Origin: Escherichia phage A51.2
DNA: 64,000 nucleotides
Reading direction: 5' to 3' (one strand)
Sequence record: ON286973
Position numbers and translations under genes: made by a program. Below, piece by piece: positions 62,786-64,000 of the stretch (the stretch's first letter is position 1; each line of letters opens with the position of its first letter). The notes under the pieces are model-generated. The model searched no databases, was not told the origin of the DNA, and was given only the letters and a program-made list of their open reading frames with translations.

Positions 62786-63990
62786 TACGCCTCCTCGTAA
62801 AGAATGTCGATAGTGTTACCGTCACGATCAACTACATATTCAATAGGGTCTCCATCTTTGCGTGCCTCCGGAGCTACCACAATCTCATAGCGGCATGCAC
62901 GGCACTTGGCGCTATTGTGTTGGTATGGCACACTAACCACATCTGCAGGGTCAACCATGACAGTCATTACAGTGCCGTAGCTCTTTGCATACTCTTTGCT
63001 GGCGCAGTGTAAGCCATAGGAGCACGCAGCTTCCGGATCATCCTCTACAAAGTTACGAGGCATGGATACAAAAGCACCCTGGTATTGTGGAACTTTACCA
63101 CTGTGCCAATCTACCCACTTGCTGCCGTTAAACTGAACCCCTTTGTAGCAAATGATTCGACCATCTTCTGCAATCTGGATATCGTTGGCCTGCATAAAAT
63201 CGTAGAGCATGTTTACAGATTTTGCAGAAGGATTGCGTAGCAGGCGAACGAGGAATTTCACATAGCGGTCATCCAGTGTTCCGTCTGCATAGTCTTTCTC
63301 AATTTTCTTTGCAATGGTGGATCGCATCTCTACACCGTAGTAGTAGAGCTTACCATCTTTCATGATCAGGTTGTCTGCAAGTGTGGTGAACTCATTCTTG
63401 CGTTCCAGCCAGACAAGGATTTCACCAATTGCCTCATCATATTCCTGAACAGAGATATGGTCGAAGACTTTCTGGTAAACTTCCTCACTTTCGCTGCGGC
63501 GAATTTCAAAAATGCCTTCGTTGCAGGTGATCTGGAGGAGTTCCCCGCAAATAACTACCAAAGGCTCGATGCTTCGAGTCTGTTGCTGAGACACACTGCT
63601 CACCACCTCCAGCACCGGGTCTTTGACTTCTACTAAAGGTTCTTCTGACTTGATTGCCACCCCAGTGAACCCCACACCGTGAACAACACACAGTGGGTAT
63701 ACCACGCCCCAACGTTTAACGGAACCTTCGCCTAAGTCTAAGATCATGGCGTACTTACCATTATCTTCCAGCCCATATCGAAATAGACGGGCCTCTTCAC
63801 GGGTTTCAAAATCCTCACGGGTGTAGCAGACGCTGTCACGGTCAGGATCGAACAATTCTGGGGCACCCACTGCCAGTGTCCAGGTTGTGTCACCTTTCTC
63901 AATGGCACATGTGAAACCATTCTTCTCAAGTTCTGCACGGCGGTCGCGTGCTTCTTTACGAGTTTTGAAATGTTCGTAGATGAAAATCAT
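62785..63990 (-). CDS. hypothetical protein with duplicated N-terminal motif
   Basis: 401 aa; tandem F.TR.EAR..R..LE.NG repeats at N-terminus. Confidence 0.45.
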   Translation of the reverse strand: MIFIYEHFKTRKEARDRRAELEKNGFTCAIEKGDTTWTLAVGAPELFDPDRDSVCYTREDFETREEARLFRYGLEDNGKYAMILDLGEGSVKRWGVVYPLCVVHGVGFTGVAIKSEEPLVEVKDPVLEVVSSVSQQQTRSIEPLVVICGELLQITCNEGIFEIRRSESEEVYQKVFDHISVQEYDEAIGEILVWLERKNEFTTLADNLIMKDGKLYYYGVEMRSTIAKKIEKDYADGTLDDRYVKFLVRLLRNPSAKSVNMLYDFMQANDIQIAEDGRIICYKGVQFNGSKWVDWHSGKVPQYQGAFVSMPRNFVEDDPEAACSYGLHCASKEYAKSYGTVMTVMVDPADVVSVPYQHNSAKCRACRYEIVVAPEARKDGDPIEYVVDRDGNTIDILYEEA

Positions 63991-64000
63991 CTTGGTCTCC

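Overview
This window reads as a segment of a large virulent tailed phage genome (about 43% GC, Shine-Dalgarno-led genes; an E. coli-type HPF and an SSB-like DDDIPF tail suggest a gammaproteobacterial host). All calls below are from reading the sequence and motif recognition; no database search was run. The window has three parts. (1) 0-30.8 kb, plus strand: a nucleotide-metabolism module (endonuclease VII, DNA methyltransferases, dNMP kinase-like, HAD nucleotidase, ThyX-like, nrdA-nrdB-glutaredoxin-nrdD, a homing-endonuclease-like insertion, nrdG, PhoH, ClpP-like protease), followed by about 40 small genes that include a tandem family of acidic proteins ending in a VEVVEE-type tail and a ribosome hibernation factor (HPF) homologue. 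(2) 30.8-33.2 kb: a 2.4 kb non-coding region between the two convergent gene blocks, dense in direct and inverted repeats, a candidate origin or regulatory hub. (3) 33.2-64 kb, minus strand: about 45 small genes, many with their own sigma70-like promoter followed by a GC hairpin and CA-rich leader, then the replication genes (TARG1/DarG-like macrodomain, a 408-aa protein with an SSB-type tail, family A DNA polymerase, primase-helicase, C5-MTase-like protein, beta-class MTase, Dda-like helicase). No tRNA, rRNA, CRISPR array or integrase was found. The most unusual signals are the acidic-tail family with a duplicated two-gene cassette, the macrodomain, the HPF homologue, the repeated promoter/hairpin modules with 44-bp and 23-bp repeats, and four DNA methyltransferases next to a divergent ThyX-like enzyme.
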